A stretch of DNA of 64,000 nucleotides from an uncultured Chloroflexia bacterium (GTDB lineage Bacteria > Chloroflexota > Limnocylindria > Limnocylindrales > CSP1-4). A program made the position numbers and the translations under genes. Of this stretch, positions 18,357 through 27,633 are shown piece after piece. Positions within the stretch are counted from its first letter, which is position 1; the number at the start of each line of letters is the position of its first letter. Under the pieces are notes generated by a model. It saw only the letters and a program-made list of their open reading frames with translations, was not told the DNA's origin and did no database searches. Location of the stretch: the NCBI GenBank assembly GCA_963829295.1, contig CAWHHU010000006.1:198200-262199 (forward strand), read 5' to 3'.

Positions 18357-19471
18357 CGTTGCAGCCCCTCGACCTGGGGCCTGCCCAGCGCCGCGAGCAG
18401 CTGGTTGAGCGGCCCCAGATCGTAGAGCCCGGCGAGATCGCCGGTATCGCCGAGCAGACCCAGGGCCTGCGCAGCCCGGGCTGACGCCTGCAGCGATGAG
18501 GCGACCGGATCGATCGTGAACTCGAGGTTCGCCCATGCTGCGGACAGGAGCGCCGGGCTCAGCTGCTTGGTCGTGTACCGCTCGATCTCGGCGTTGACCA
18601 TCACCCGCGCCTCCGCCGGCTGCGAGTTGACGAAGTCCACGGCCTGAACGTTGGCAAGCAGGATCCGGCGCACGACATCCGGGTGCGCTTCCAGGAACCC
18701 CGTGCTGACCATCAGCTGCGTGGTCACATACCGGCCGCCGGGCCACAGGTCGCGCTCGTCGACCAGCACGTGGGCCTTGCCCTCGTCGATGAGGCGGGTC
18801 GCCCAGGGTTCGGGGACCCAGGCACCGTCGATCGTCCCGGCGAGGAACGTCTCAAGGGTCTGGGCGTTGTCCTGCGGCACCACCGACACGTCGCCACCGC
18901 CCGCGGTGTCCGTGGCCAGCCCCTGGGATGCGAGCCAGGCACGGAGCGCCACGTCCTGCGTGTTGCCCAGCGAGGGGCTGGCGATCTTCGTTCCCCGCAG
19001 GTCAGCGGCCGTCGTGATGCCGGGCCGCACGACCAGGAACGCTCCGCCGGAGGTGGACCCCGAGATCACCCGCACCGCGGTTCCGTCCGACTTGGCGTAG
19101 GCGTTGATGGCTGGATTGGGGCCCACATACGTGATGTCGATGGCCTCGCCGAACATGGCCTCGACCGCCGTCGTGCCCGAGTTGAACGGGTGCACCTCGA
19201 TGTCGGCGTTCGGGAGCAGCTGACTGAGCAGGCCGTCTTCGGCCAGCGCGACCAGGCCAGGCGCATGGGTGATGTTGGGGAACACCCCGAACCTGACGGT
19301 GACCGCATCGAGAAGGGGGCCGGGGGTCGTGTCGACGGCTTCCTGCGTCGGCGAAGCCGGATCGGATCCCCCGGGACCGGCGCCTCCCGTGCCCTGTCCG
19401 GTACAGGCCGCCAGGATGGTCGCCATGACGATCAGGGTGCCCACGCGATACCGGCGTCCATGCTCATTCAT
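18353..19471 (-). CDS. ssuA: ABC substrate-binding lipoprotein (SsuA/NMT1 family)
   Basis: Signal peptide with lipobox 'ILAAC'; periplasmic-binding fold with NMT1/SsuA-like composition. Confidence 0.7.
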   Translation of the reverse strand: MNEHGRRYRVGTLIVMATILAACTGQGTGGAGPGGSDPASPTQEAVDTTPGPLLDAVTVRFGVFPNITHAPGLVALAEDGLLSQLLPNADIEVHPFNSGTTAVEAMFGEAIDITYVGPNPAINAYAKSDGTAVRVISGSTSGGAFLVVRPGITTAADLRGTKIASPSLGNTQDVALRAWLASQGLATDTAGGGDVSVVPQDNAQTLETFLAGTIDGAWVPEPWATRLIDEGKAHVLVDERDLWPGGRYVTTQLMVSTGFLEAHPDVVRRILLANVQAVDFVNSQPAEARVMVNAEIERYTTKQLSPALLSAAWANLEFTIDPVASSLQASARAAQALGLLGDTGDLAGLYDLGPLNQLLAALGRPQVEGLQR

Positions 19472-19487
19472 CGTCCCGGCTCCAGCG

Positions 19488-19545
19488 CTTCCATTTCACC
19501 TTTATCGCCTATTTCTATAGAACTAGTGACGATCATACCACGCAG
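19488..19545 (-). promoter_or_regulatory. AT-rich island with a perfect 10-bp palindrome TTCTATAGAA (19513-19522) upstream of ssuA; candidate promoter/operator
   Basis: A local AT-rich stretch in a ~72 % GC genome, immediately 5' of the ssuACB operon start. Confidence 0.45.
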
Positions 19546-19580
19546 GGCACGGATGCAGGAGACCGACCGCCGGACCGAGA

Positions 19581-20078
19581 TCAGCCGGGTGCTGTGGTTC
19601 GCACGAGAACGAGCGCATCTGCCTCGTCAGGCGTGGTGAGCCTGACGACGACCGCGAAGCCCTCGCGTTCCAGGCGCTGCTCGTCGACCGAGGCGCGAAG
19701 GCGGGCAAGCTGTCGCTGAACGACCGTGTCGGGGACGCTCCGACCCGCTCGAGCGCGGTTCCTGTCCAGGATCAGCTGCGGCGGCAGGTCGAGCACGATC
19801 GCCACGGCCGGAACACCCGCGGACCGGGCCAGTCCCAGGAGTGGGGAACGCGCGTGGCCATCGACGTTGGTGGCGTCGATCACGGTAAGCCTCGCGGCCG
19901 CGAGGCGATCCGCCGCTTCCCTGTGAAGGATCGCGAACGCCGTGCCTGTGGCCGACTGGTCGGCCGGGTCCCCGCTCAGGCGCGCTCGCAGCGCGTCGGA
20001 AGACAGGATCTCCTGCGGCGCGAACCGCCGGGTCGCGAACGTGGACTTGCCGGCTCCCGCCGCACCGACCAGCAGCAC
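19581..20078 (-). CDS. P-loop kinase-like AAA ATPase (AAA_33 / zeta-toxin-like fold)
   Basis: 'LLVGAAGAGKSTF' Walker A within 10 residues of a GTG start; 165 aa. Confidence 0.55.
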   Translation of the reverse strand: MLLVGAAGAGKSTFATRRFAPQEILSSDALRARLSGDPADQSATGTAFAILHREAADRLAAARLTVIDATNVDGHARSPLLGLARSAGVPAVAIVLDLPPQLILDRNRARAGRSVPDTVVQRQLARLRASVDEQRLEREGFAVVVRLTTPDEADALVLVRTTAPG

Positions 20079-20144
20079 CAGCGAGGGGTCCGGGATCCGG
20101 ATGGTCGCCGTGGGACGCGTCCCTGAGAGGCCGCCGGCCGCGGC

Positions 20145-21929
20145 CTACCGGCCGGAGCCGGCGGCGGTGGGCGAGACGCTACCCGCGCCCGATGACGGCC
20201 CGGTTGACGGCGTCAGGGTCGAGGCCGACGTCGCTGCCGCGGTCGCGGTCGGGGTGGGCGTCGGCTTGGGCGACGGCGTGGGGGTGGGCGTCGGCTTGGG
20301 CGTCGGCGTGGGCGACGGCGTGGGCTTCGGCGTCGCCGTGGGGGTGGGGCTGGACGTCGCCGTGGTCGATGCCGTGGGCGTTGCGGTCGGCTTGGCGGTG
20401 GTCCTGGGCGTCGGTCTGGGCGTCGGCGAGATCCCGCACGTTGACGAGGAAGACGCGCTGCGAGTCGAGCCACTGCCATTGGACGGGATCGTGGGGAAGC
20501 CTTCGGGCCGCACGCCGGTGGGGGTGAACAGCCTCGTCGCCATCCCGCGGATGGCCTTGACGTTCGGTATCTGGATCGATCCACGAGCGTCGTATCCCGC
20601 CTTGACCAGCGGGTGCTCGATCACCGTCCGGAACACGTCCTTGCGCCCGATGCCCGCCGCCACATCGATGTAGTCGGCGATCAGGCTGGGCCTGATGTTG
20701 GTGCTGATGGTCTGGCCTAGGGACCGGAGGAACCTCGACGGGTTATCGAGGAAGGCGCCGCGCACGAGCCGGTCGCGGAGCGCGGCGATGACTTCCTGCT
20801 GGCGTGCGGCACGGGTGAAGTCGCTCTCACCGGCGGCCTTGCGCACCCGCGCGTAGGCGAGGGCCTGGTAGCCGTTCATGTGGTACCAGCCGGGCGAGAT
20901 CCCGAACCCGGTGACCGGGTGCCCCGGCTCCTTGTAGGTCGGGTCGCAGAAGCCATCGGTGACGTTGATGCTGATGCCGCCCACCGAATCCACCACGTAC
21001 ATGAACCCGCCCAGGTTCACCTGCGCCCAGGAGTCGATCCTGATGCCCAGCAGGGTGCCGATCGCAGCCGCGAGCACGGACTGGCCGTCCCTGGCACCGG
21101 GGAACTTGCCGGGATGCCAGCGGACGTACGAGACGAGGCTGTTGAGCTTGGCGCTGAACGTGCGTCCGTCGGGGAGCGGGACGTCCACCATGTCGCGCGG
21201 TATCGAGGCCATCGAGATCGTCCTGCCGACCGGGTCGAGCGAGGCCACGATCATCGTGTCCGTCAGTGCCGTGTTTCGACCCAGGCCCGAGTCGATCCCG
21301 ATCAGCAGCACGTTGACGCGCGGAACCCCGGGTGTCGCCGACGGTGATTCGGATGGCGAGGCGGAGGGCGGCGTGCTGGCATCCGCCTCGGGTGACGGTG
21401 AGGCCAGACCGAAATCCGGGTCGTTCGACGCCACGGGCGGGGCGCTCGCATCGGGGACCCACGCTCCGCCTTCGGCGACCGGCTGGAACACCTCCGCGGC
21501 CGCGCTCTGAGCGTCGATGGTCACCCCGGCCAGGTACAGCTGCGGACCGACGATGAACGCGATCGAGACGGCCGCGACGGCGATGGTGGAGATGGTCGGC
21601 CTGAACGTCGCCAGCATCCGGGTCGCGCCGAGCGCGAACAGGCGCCAGATCAGGATCGCGACCTGGAGCACGACCAACGCGCCGAGCACGGCCGGGTCGA
21701 CCAGCCGGACGGCCGCCGCGGTCGTGCTGCTGCTCGTGAGGAGCATGAGCAGCCCGGCGCCCAGCACGAGCACCATCGGAGCGGCCAGGACCACCCCCCA
21801 GCGGACATGGCCGGCGACCAGATGGCCGAGACCCGGGAATATCGCGTTGAGCAGCAGCCAGCGCGGTGCGCCCGGCTGCCGGGGCGCCGGCCCAGCGATC
21901 CGGGTGTGCTCAGGGGAGGCATCGGACAT
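20145..21929 (-). CDS. LytR-CpsA-Psr (LCP) family cell-envelope phosphotransferase with Pro/Thr-rich C-terminal tail
   Basis: N-terminal transmembrane helix and an LCP core ('NVLLIGIDS...RNTALTDTMIVASLDP...ASIPRDM...'). The C-terminal ~100 aa are PT(K) repeats. Confidence 0.8.
   Translation of the reverse strand: MSDASPEHTRIAGPAPRQPGAPRWLLLNAIFPGLGHLVAGHVRWGVVLAAPMVLVLGAGLLMLLTSSSTTAAAVRLVDPAVLGALVVLQVAILIWRLFALGATRMLATFRPTISTIAVAAVSIAFIVGPQLYLAGVTIDAQSAAAEVFQPVAEGGAWVPDASAPPVASNDPDFGLASPSPEADASTPPSASPSESPSATPGVPRVNVLLIGIDSGLGRNTALTDTMIVASLDPVGRTISMASIPRDMVDVPLPDGRTFSAKLNSLVSYVRWHPGKFPGARDGQSVLAAAIGTLLGIRIDSWAQVNLGGFMYVVDSVGGISINVTDGFCDPTYKEPGHPVTGFGISPGWYHMNGYQALAYARVRKAAGESDFTRAARQQEVIAALRDRLVRGAFLDNPSRFLRSLGQTISTNIRPSLIADYIDVAAGIGRKDVFRTVIEHPLVKAGYDARGSIQIPNVKAIRGMATRLFTPTGVRPEGFPTIPSNGSGSTRSASSSSTCGISPTPRPTPRTTAKPTATPTASTTATSSPTPTATPKPTPSPTPTPKPTPTPTPSPKPTPTPTATAAATSASTLTPSTGPSSGAGSVSPTAAGSGR
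20180..20440 (-). repeat. Degenerate tandem repeats (ggcgtcggcttgggcgacggcgtggg-like units) encoding the PT-rich linker of the LCP protein
   Basis: Direct reading of reiterated 'gtgggcgtcggcttgggcg(a/t)cggcgtggg' units. Confidence 0.8.
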
Positions 21930-21998
21930 GGAAGCGAAGCATGCGGTCGATCATCGAACCCCGCAACCTGGGGTGCTGCCTTCCGGTACCGTCGCCTG

Positions 21999-23270
21999 GT
22001 GACAGAGACGCAGCACACCCCGGCTCGTGGCGAGTCGCCGGGCCAGAACTGGCGGATCCCCGTGACTGTGTTCTGGATCACACAGCTGGTCGAGACCATC
22101 GGCGTGAGCCAGGTGTTCGCGCTGCTGCCGACGGCCCTCCGCGAGATGGGCGTGGCGGAGGCAGATCGGATCCCGTTCGTCGGCCTGTACAGCTCCCTGC
22201 TGTTCGTGCTGGGGCTGCCGCTGGTGCCGCTGTGGGGTGTGTGGGCCGACAAGATCAGTCGCAAGGCGGTGATCATCCGCAGCGCCGTGGTCGAGGCCGT
22301 GGTGTTCGTTCTCGCCGCGGCGGCGCATGAGCCGTGGCAGCTGGCGGTGGCGGTGATGCTGTTCGGGCTCCAGCTCGGCAACACGGGCGTCATGCTGGCA
22401 GCCATCCGGGACGTCGTGCCGCGCGCGCGACTGGGCACCATGATCTCGCTGTTCGGGGCGGCTGGACCCGCCGGCCTCGCGGCTGGACCCGCCCTGGCCG
22501 GAGTCCTCATCGACCGGCTCGGGTGGTCCGTCTCGAACGTGTTCGTGCTGTCTGCCGGACTGTCGGCCGGGACGGCGCTCCTGGTCGGCCTGGGCACCCG
22601 CGAGATCCGGCCGGACGTCGTGCCCCAGGGCACGGTGCTGCGGCTCGCGTTCGGTGCCGTCCTCGGCGTGCTGCGCGACCCGGCAGTGCGGCGACTGTTC
22701 GCCATCTACGGCATCGTCTTCCTCGCCAACCAGGTGTCGCGGCCATACACACCGGTGCTGGTCGAGGGGCTGGTCGGGACCGGCGAGGGCCTCGCCTCGG
22801 CGATCGGTCTGGTGATGGGCGTGGCCGCGCTGGTCGGGGCGCTGGCATCTCCGGTCGGTGGCTGGCTGGGTGACCGGATGGGCTTTCGGCCGGTGCTGGT
22901 GGTGGCCCTGCTCGCGGGTGGCGTCTCGAGCGCCCTGATGCCGGCGATGCCCACGGTGGCCCTGCTGGCAGCGGTGGCCGTGGTGCTGGGTGCCGCGTTC
23001 GCGACCACCGGGGCGATGGTGTTCTCGCTGCTGGCCACCGAGGTGCCGTCGGAGCGCCGGTCGGCCACGCTCAACCTCGTCTATCTGCCGCTCTACGTGG
23101 CCGGGATCATCGGACCGGCCGTCGGTGGTGGCCTTGCGGCCGTGGCGGGTGCGGGGAGCCCGTTCGTCCTGGGCGCGGTGGTGTTCGCGATCGGCGGGCT
23201 CAGCATCGCGCTCCTGGGCCGGCGAGGTGCGGACCGCGAGCCCATCTCGCCCGGCGAGGTGGATCGATAG
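21999..23270 (+). CDS. MFS transporter (12 transmembrane segments)
   Basis: Hydrophobic periodicity and 'GVWADKISRK' (MFS motif A-like). Start uncertain: GTG 21999, since the ORF opens at 21807 overlapping the LCP gene. Confidence 0.7.
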   Translation: MTETQHTPARGESPGQNWRIPVTVFWITQLVETIGVSQVFALLPTALREMGVAEADRIPFVGLYSSLLFVLGLPLVPLWGVWADKISRKAVIIRSAVVEAVVFVLAAAAHEPWQLAVAVMLFGLQLGNTGVMLAAIRDVVPRARLGTMISLFGAAGPAGLAAGPALAGVLIDRLGWSVSNVFVLSAGLSAGTALLVGLGTREIRPDVVPQGTVLRLAFGAVLGVLRDPAVRRLFAIYGIVFLANQVSRPYTPVLVEGLVGTGEGLASAIGLVMGVAALVGALASPVGGWLGDRMGFRPVLVVALLAGGVSSALMPAMPTVALLAAVAVVLGAAFATTGAMVFSLLATEVPSERRSATLNLVYLPLYVAGIIGPAVGGGLAAVAGAGSPFVLGAVVFAIGGLSIALLGRRGADREPISPGEVDR

Positions 23271-23358
23271 CCCGACGCAGGGGTTTCGGGCGTGCGGACG
23301 GTTCCTTCGTCACGCAGCCTGCGCTAGGATCGGAACATGCCGACCGGGATGCCTCCAG

Positions 23359-24357
23359 ATGCCCAACCTGCTGCTGCGGCCACGCCGACGAAGCGCCTCC
23401 GGCGTGCTCCCCGGAGCGCTGGGGGCCGGGCCTGAGGACGTTCAGCCCGAGGTCATCACCGCCTCCGGAGTCCGCTGGCTGAACCTCGAGCGGCCCAGCG
23501 AGACGGACCGCGACTGGCTCGAGCGGGAGTTCGGGTTCCATCCGCTCGCGATCGAGGACGTCGCATCGCGGAACCAGCGGCCCAAGCTGGATGCCTTCGA
23601 CGACTACCTGTTCATCGTTCTCCACTTCCCCGTGTTCGACAAGCCCAGCGGGCGCCTGCTCTCGGCCGAGGTTGACCTGTTCGTCGGTCCCGACTACCTC
23701 ATCACGCTCCCCGATCAGAACCTGCCGCCGCTGGGCGCCATGTTCGAGCGCTACCGGGAGCGCCTGGAGGTTCGCGAGGGCGTGTTCTCCAAGGGCACCG
23801 GGTACCTGCTGTACAAGATCGTCGATACCTGCGTCGATGCCTCGTTCCCGATGCTGCGCAAGATGGGCGCCAAGCTCGACCAGCTCGAGGACGACATCTT
23901 CGAGGGCCGGTCCGCGCAGATCGTGCGCGATATCTCGACCGCCAAGCAGGAGATCATCAACTTCCGCCGCGTGGTCCGGCCGATGCGCGCCGTGCTGCGC
24001 GACCTCGAGCGAACCAAGCAGCGCTACCTGGCCGACGACCTGGACATCTACTTCGACGACATCACCGATGCGGCTGAGCGGATCTGGGACGTGCTCGAGA
24101 ACTACAAGGAGGTCGCCGAGGCGCTCGAGGACTCGAACGAGTCGGTGCTGTCACACCGGCTGAACGAGTCGATCCGGGTCCTGACGGCGTTCAGCGTCGC
24201 GATCCTGCCATTGACCTTGCTGTCCGGAATCTTCGGCATGAACGTGCCGCTGCCGGGTCAGCCGGGCAGCATCAACGAGTTCGTGGCGATCTCGGTGATC
24301 ATGATCATGACGCTGCTCGGGGTGTTGCTGTTCTTCCGCCGTCGGGGCTACCTGTAG
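23359..24357 (+). CDS. corA: Magnesium/cobalt transporter CorA
   Basis: C-terminal 'GIFGMNV' (GMN motif) before two transmembrane helices; 333 aa. Confidence 0.85.
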   Translation: MPNLLLRPRRRSASGVLPGALGAGPEDVQPEVITASGVRWLNLERPSETDRDWLEREFGFHPLAIEDVASRNQRPKLDAFDDYLFIVLHFPVFDKPSGRLLSAEVDLFVGPDYLITLPDQNLPPLGAMFERYRERLEVREGVFSKGTGYLLYKIVDTCVDASFPMLRKMGAKLDQLEDDIFEGRSAQIVRDISTAKQEIINFRRVVRPMRAVLRDLERTKQRYLADDLDIYFDDITDAAERIWDVLENYKEVAEALEDSNESVLSHRLNESIRVLTAFSVAILPLTLLSGIFGMNVPLPGQPGSINEFVAISVIMIMTLLGVLLFFRRRGYL

Positions 24358-24384
24358 GGCACGCGAAGTGAGCGGAGACGCACC

Positions 24385-25509
24385 CTACGCGTCGGGCAGC
24401 GACCGCTCCCCTGGTCCGGTGTAGCGCACGGTGGGCCGGATCAGCCGGTTCGCCGCTCCCTGCTCGATCGCATGGGCGGTCCAGCCCGCGTGGCGGGCAA
24501 GCGCGAACGTTGCCGGGAACAGGTCGGGCGTCAGCCCCACGCCCATCAGCACCGGCGCCGCGTAGTACTCGACGTTCGTCTTGAGCGGCCGGTCCGGGTA
24601 CTTCTCGGCGAGCACGCGCAGGGCGACGTCCTCGACCGCGATCGCGAGATCCAGCCAGTCCGGGCGGTTGTCCATCGACTCCGCGACCTGGCGCAGCGCC
24701 GCAGCCCGCGGATCGTAGGCCCGGTACACCCGGTGCCCGAAGCCCATCAGCCGCTCCTTGCGGTCGATCGCGGCGCGGACCCAGGCCTCGGCCTTGTCGG
24801 GTGAGCCAACCTGGTGGATCTGCTCCACCACCTCGGATGGGGCGCCGCCGTGGAGCGGGCCCTTCAGCGCGCCGATCGCGCCGCACACCGCCGAGGCGAG
24901 ATCGGAGCGGGTGGAGCTGATCACCCGGCAGGTGAACGTCGAGGCGTTGAAGCCGTGCTCGGCACCGCAGATGAAGTACGCGTCGAGCGCGCGGGCGGTG
25001 GCATCGTCGGGGCGCTGGCCGTTGATCTGGTAGAGGAAGCCGGCCACGAGATCGAGCTCGGGATCGGGGTCGATCGGCTCCAGGCCCCGCCGCAACCGGG
25101 CGAAGGCCGCGAGCGCCGACGGCGAGAACGCGGTCAGCGCGCGCGCCTGCTCGGGCGTCGCCGGCCAGGCGAGATCGCGCGTCGCGCCCCAGGCCGAGAC
25201 CGCGGTCCGCAGCGCGTCCATCGGCTTCGCCGTGCTGGGCAGGGACCGGAGCGCGGCCAGCACCGCCGGTGGCACGGGCTCGCACGGCAGCCTCGACCCG
25301 GGCCGCCAATCGCCCGTCCACAGCAGCTCCGCCACGGCCGCGTACGAGCCGTCGCGGACGAGCTCGCCGATCGGGTAGCCGCGGTACAGCAGGCGGCCCG
25401 CCGCACCATCGATGTAGGACAGGGAGGACTCGCCGGCGACGACGCCTTCGAGACCGGGCGAGTAGGGACGGGTGTCAGCGGGTGCTGCGGCAGGCTCGGT
25501 CATGGGCAC
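24385..25509 (-). CDS. Citrate synthase family (citrate/2-methylcitrate synthase, short ~375-aa type)
   Basis: Catalytic-region motifs 'GFGHRVY' and 'HGGA' from the citrate-synthase family. Confidence 0.8.
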   Translation of the reverse strand: MPMTEPAAAPADTRPYSPGLEGVVAGESSLSYIDGAAGRLLYRGYPIGELVRDGSYAAVAELLWTGDWRPGSRLPCEPVPPAVLAALRSLPSTAKPMDALRTAVSAWGATRDLAWPATPEQARALTAFSPSALAAFARLRRGLEPIDPDPELDLVAGFLYQINGQRPDDATARALDAYFICGAEHGFNASTFTCRVISSTRSDLASAVCGAIGALKGPLHGGAPSEVVEQIHQVGSPDKAEAWVRAAIDRKERLMGFGHRVYRAYDPRAAALRQVAESMDNRPDWLDLAIAVEDVALRVLAEKYPDRPLKTNVEYYAAPVLMGVGLTPDLFPATFALARHAGWTAHAIEQGAANRLIRPTVRYTGPGERSLPDA

Positions 25510-25614
25510 GATGGTAGTCCTGCTGCCCGTGACGCGGTGTCGTGCCGCCGCCCGACGTTGATGCCGCCCGACGATTCCGGATGCTGATGCGCCGGGCGTG
25601 ATGGTGCGTGACGC

Positions 25615-25863
25615 TCAGCGCTGCTCGAGCGCCCGGAGCACGATGCGCACGACGATGGCGCCGAGCGTTGCCACGACCAGCGCCCCGATGAACCCCTGCG
25701 CCCGGCCCAGCGCCATCTGGTCGACGAGCCAGCCACCGACCAGGCCGCCCAGGATGCCGACCACGATGGTCGGCAGGCAGCCCTGGACGCTGCGCACGCC
25801 GACCACCCACCCGGAGATGGACCCCGCGAGCAACCCGATGATCAGCCACCAGATGGCGTCCAT
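25615..25863 (-). CDS. GlsB/YeaQ/YmgE-family small membrane protein
   Basis: 82 aa and Gly-rich, with the 'WLIIGLLAGSISGWVV...GILGGLVGGWL' architecture. Confidence 0.7.
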   Translation of the reverse strand: MDAIWWLIIGLLAGSISGWVVGVRSVQGCLPTIVVGILGGLVGGWLVDQMALGRAQGFIGALVVATLGAIVVRIVLRALEQR

Positions 25864-25956
25864 GGCGCGAGTTTCGCACGAACCGCGGTCGCGCGAACCG
25901 CGGTCGCGCGACCGGGCGAATCGAGCACGGACCTGGGTGGCACGGGCGCACGCGGA

Positions 25957-26787
25957 TCAGCGCCCGAGGAATGTCTCGGCCGCCGCGACGAACGCGTCCG
26001 GATGGCTGTGGTGGGCGGCGTGGCGGGCCCCCGCGATCACCTCGAGACGCCCATTCGTGAGGAGACCGTCGAGCCGCTGGGCACCACGGCGGAAGGTCGG
26101 GGCCGACTCGGAGCCCACCAGCTGCAGGACCGGCATCGTGACCGCCGCGAGCGCCGTCCGCGAGATCTCGGGCGCGTGCCGAGCCGCCTCGAGCTCGCGA
26201 ACGATCGTTGGAGCGGCTGCCGCTCGTCGCGCCCAGATGGGATCGGCGCGAAACGCATCGAGATCGGTCTGGGACATCCCGACGCCCTCGGTCATGAACC
26301 GGGCGAGCATCGCGTCGAGATCGCCCGAGGCAAGGTCCCCGCGCAGGGCCGACAGGAGCCGGGCGCTCGTCTCGGTGGCATCGATCCCGTCGTCCGGCGC
26401 GCTCTCGTACCCGACGATCCGCCTGAGCGCGGTCGTGCGCAGGCCGGCACCGAGCGCCAGCCGGCCGCCCAGCGAGTGGCCGATGACATCGACCGGCGCA
26501 CCGAAGTCAGCGGCCAGCGTCTCGGCCACGGCCGCGACGTCCTCGAGCTCCCGTTCGATCGCATAGTCCGGCCCGTCGCCGGAATCGCCGCGGCCACGCC
26601 TGTCGATCGCATGCAGCCGCCATCGAGAGGCAAGCGCCGGGCCGATCACCCGCCAGGTCCGGTGGTCGGCGGTGGTGCCGTGGATCAGCAGCAGCGGCCG
26701 GCCGGACCCGGCCGAGAACATGGCGATGGGTGTGCCGTCGCGAGACGTGACGATGCGGCTGGGCTCGTCGGGGAACGGGGCGACCAC
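25957..26787 (-). CDS. Alpha/beta-fold hydrolase
   Basis: 'LLLIHGTT' and the nucleophile elbow 'GHSLGG'. Confidence 0.75.
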   Translation of the reverse strand: MVAPFPDEPSRIVTSRDGTPIAMFSAGSGRPLLLIHGTTADHRTWRVIGPALASRWRLHAIDRRGRGDSGDGPDYAIERELEDVAAVAETLAADFGAPVDVIGHSLGGRLALGAGLRTTALRRIVGYESAPDDGIDATETSARLLSALRGDLASGDLDAMLARFMTEGVGMSQTDLDAFRADPIWARRAAAAPTIVRELEAARHAPEISRTALAAVTMPVLQLVGSESAPTFRRGAQRLDGLLTNGRLEVIAGARHAAHHSHPDAFVAAAETFLGR

Positions 26788-26793
26788 GCGGTG

Positions 26794-27633
26794 CTAGCGG
26801 CGTGGAAGCGCGGCGGCGGCCGCCTCGTCGAGCATCCAGATCGCGCCGGCCCGGCGGGTCGTGCGCAGCGGGAGCTCGCGGACATCGCCCTCCGACCACG
26901 CCCGGGCGAGAACGTCCGCCTTGGCCGCCCCGGCGGTCACGACCACCACCCGCCGGGCTGCTGCGACCACGCGGGGTGTCAGCGTCACCCGCTCGACGTG
27001 CGGCTCCACGTGCACGGGTGCGGGGATGGCGACACAGCTGGCCGGATCGTCCCACGCGTCCGAGCCCGGGAACACGGACAGGATGTGACCGTCCGGGCCG
27101 ACCCCCAGGAGCAGCAGGTCGAACACGGGCGTCCCGTCCGGACCGGCGGTCGGAACGAGGTCCCGCAGCTCCCCGGCGTACCGTGCGGCGGCCCATGCGG
27201 CGCCCCCGTGCGCGATCGCCTCGGCCATCGGGATCGGGTGGAGATTGGCCACCGGGATCGCGATCCCATCTCCGTGGCCGCCAACGGCCGCCATCGGTGG
27301 GCCGGACAGCGCCTCATCGGCGCCGGAGTCGAGCAGGATCTGCTCGAGCGGCAGCACGTTCGACAGCGGGTGATCGGGCGGAACGAACCGGTCGTCCCCC
27401 CACCAGATCTGCACCCGCTCCCAGTCGAGCGAGTCTCGCCGCGGAGGGACCCGGAGGTGCCGGTAGATCCCGGGCGCGGCACTGCCACCGGTCGTGGACC
27501 AGTGGGCGACGCCCCGCTCGGCGATCGCCGCCGCCAGCGACGCCACGATCTCGTCTGCCGCCGCCTTCCACAGGTCATCCGCCGTGCTGTGAACGCGCAC
27601 CTGCGGCAGGCCCTGAACGGTTTCGCTCGTCAT
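26794..27633 (-). CDS. pgl: 6-phosphogluconolactonase
   Basis: SugarP_isomerase fold ('LLLLGVGPDGH'); sits in the zwf-opcA-pgl arrangement. Confidence 0.75.
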   Translation of the reverse strand: MTSETVQGLPQVRVHSTADDLWKAAADEIVASLAAAIAERGVAHWSTTGGSAAPGIYRHLRVPPRRDSLDWERVQIWWGDDRFVPPDHPLSNVLPLEQILLDSGADEALSGPPMAAVGGHGDGIAIPVANLHPIPMAEAIAHGGAAWAAARYAGELRDLVPTAGPDGTPVFDLLLLGVGPDGHILSVFPGSDAWDDPASCVAIPAPVHVEPHVERVTLTPRVVAAARRVVVVTAGAAKADVLARAWSEGDVRELPLRTTRRAGAIWMLDEAAAAALPRR

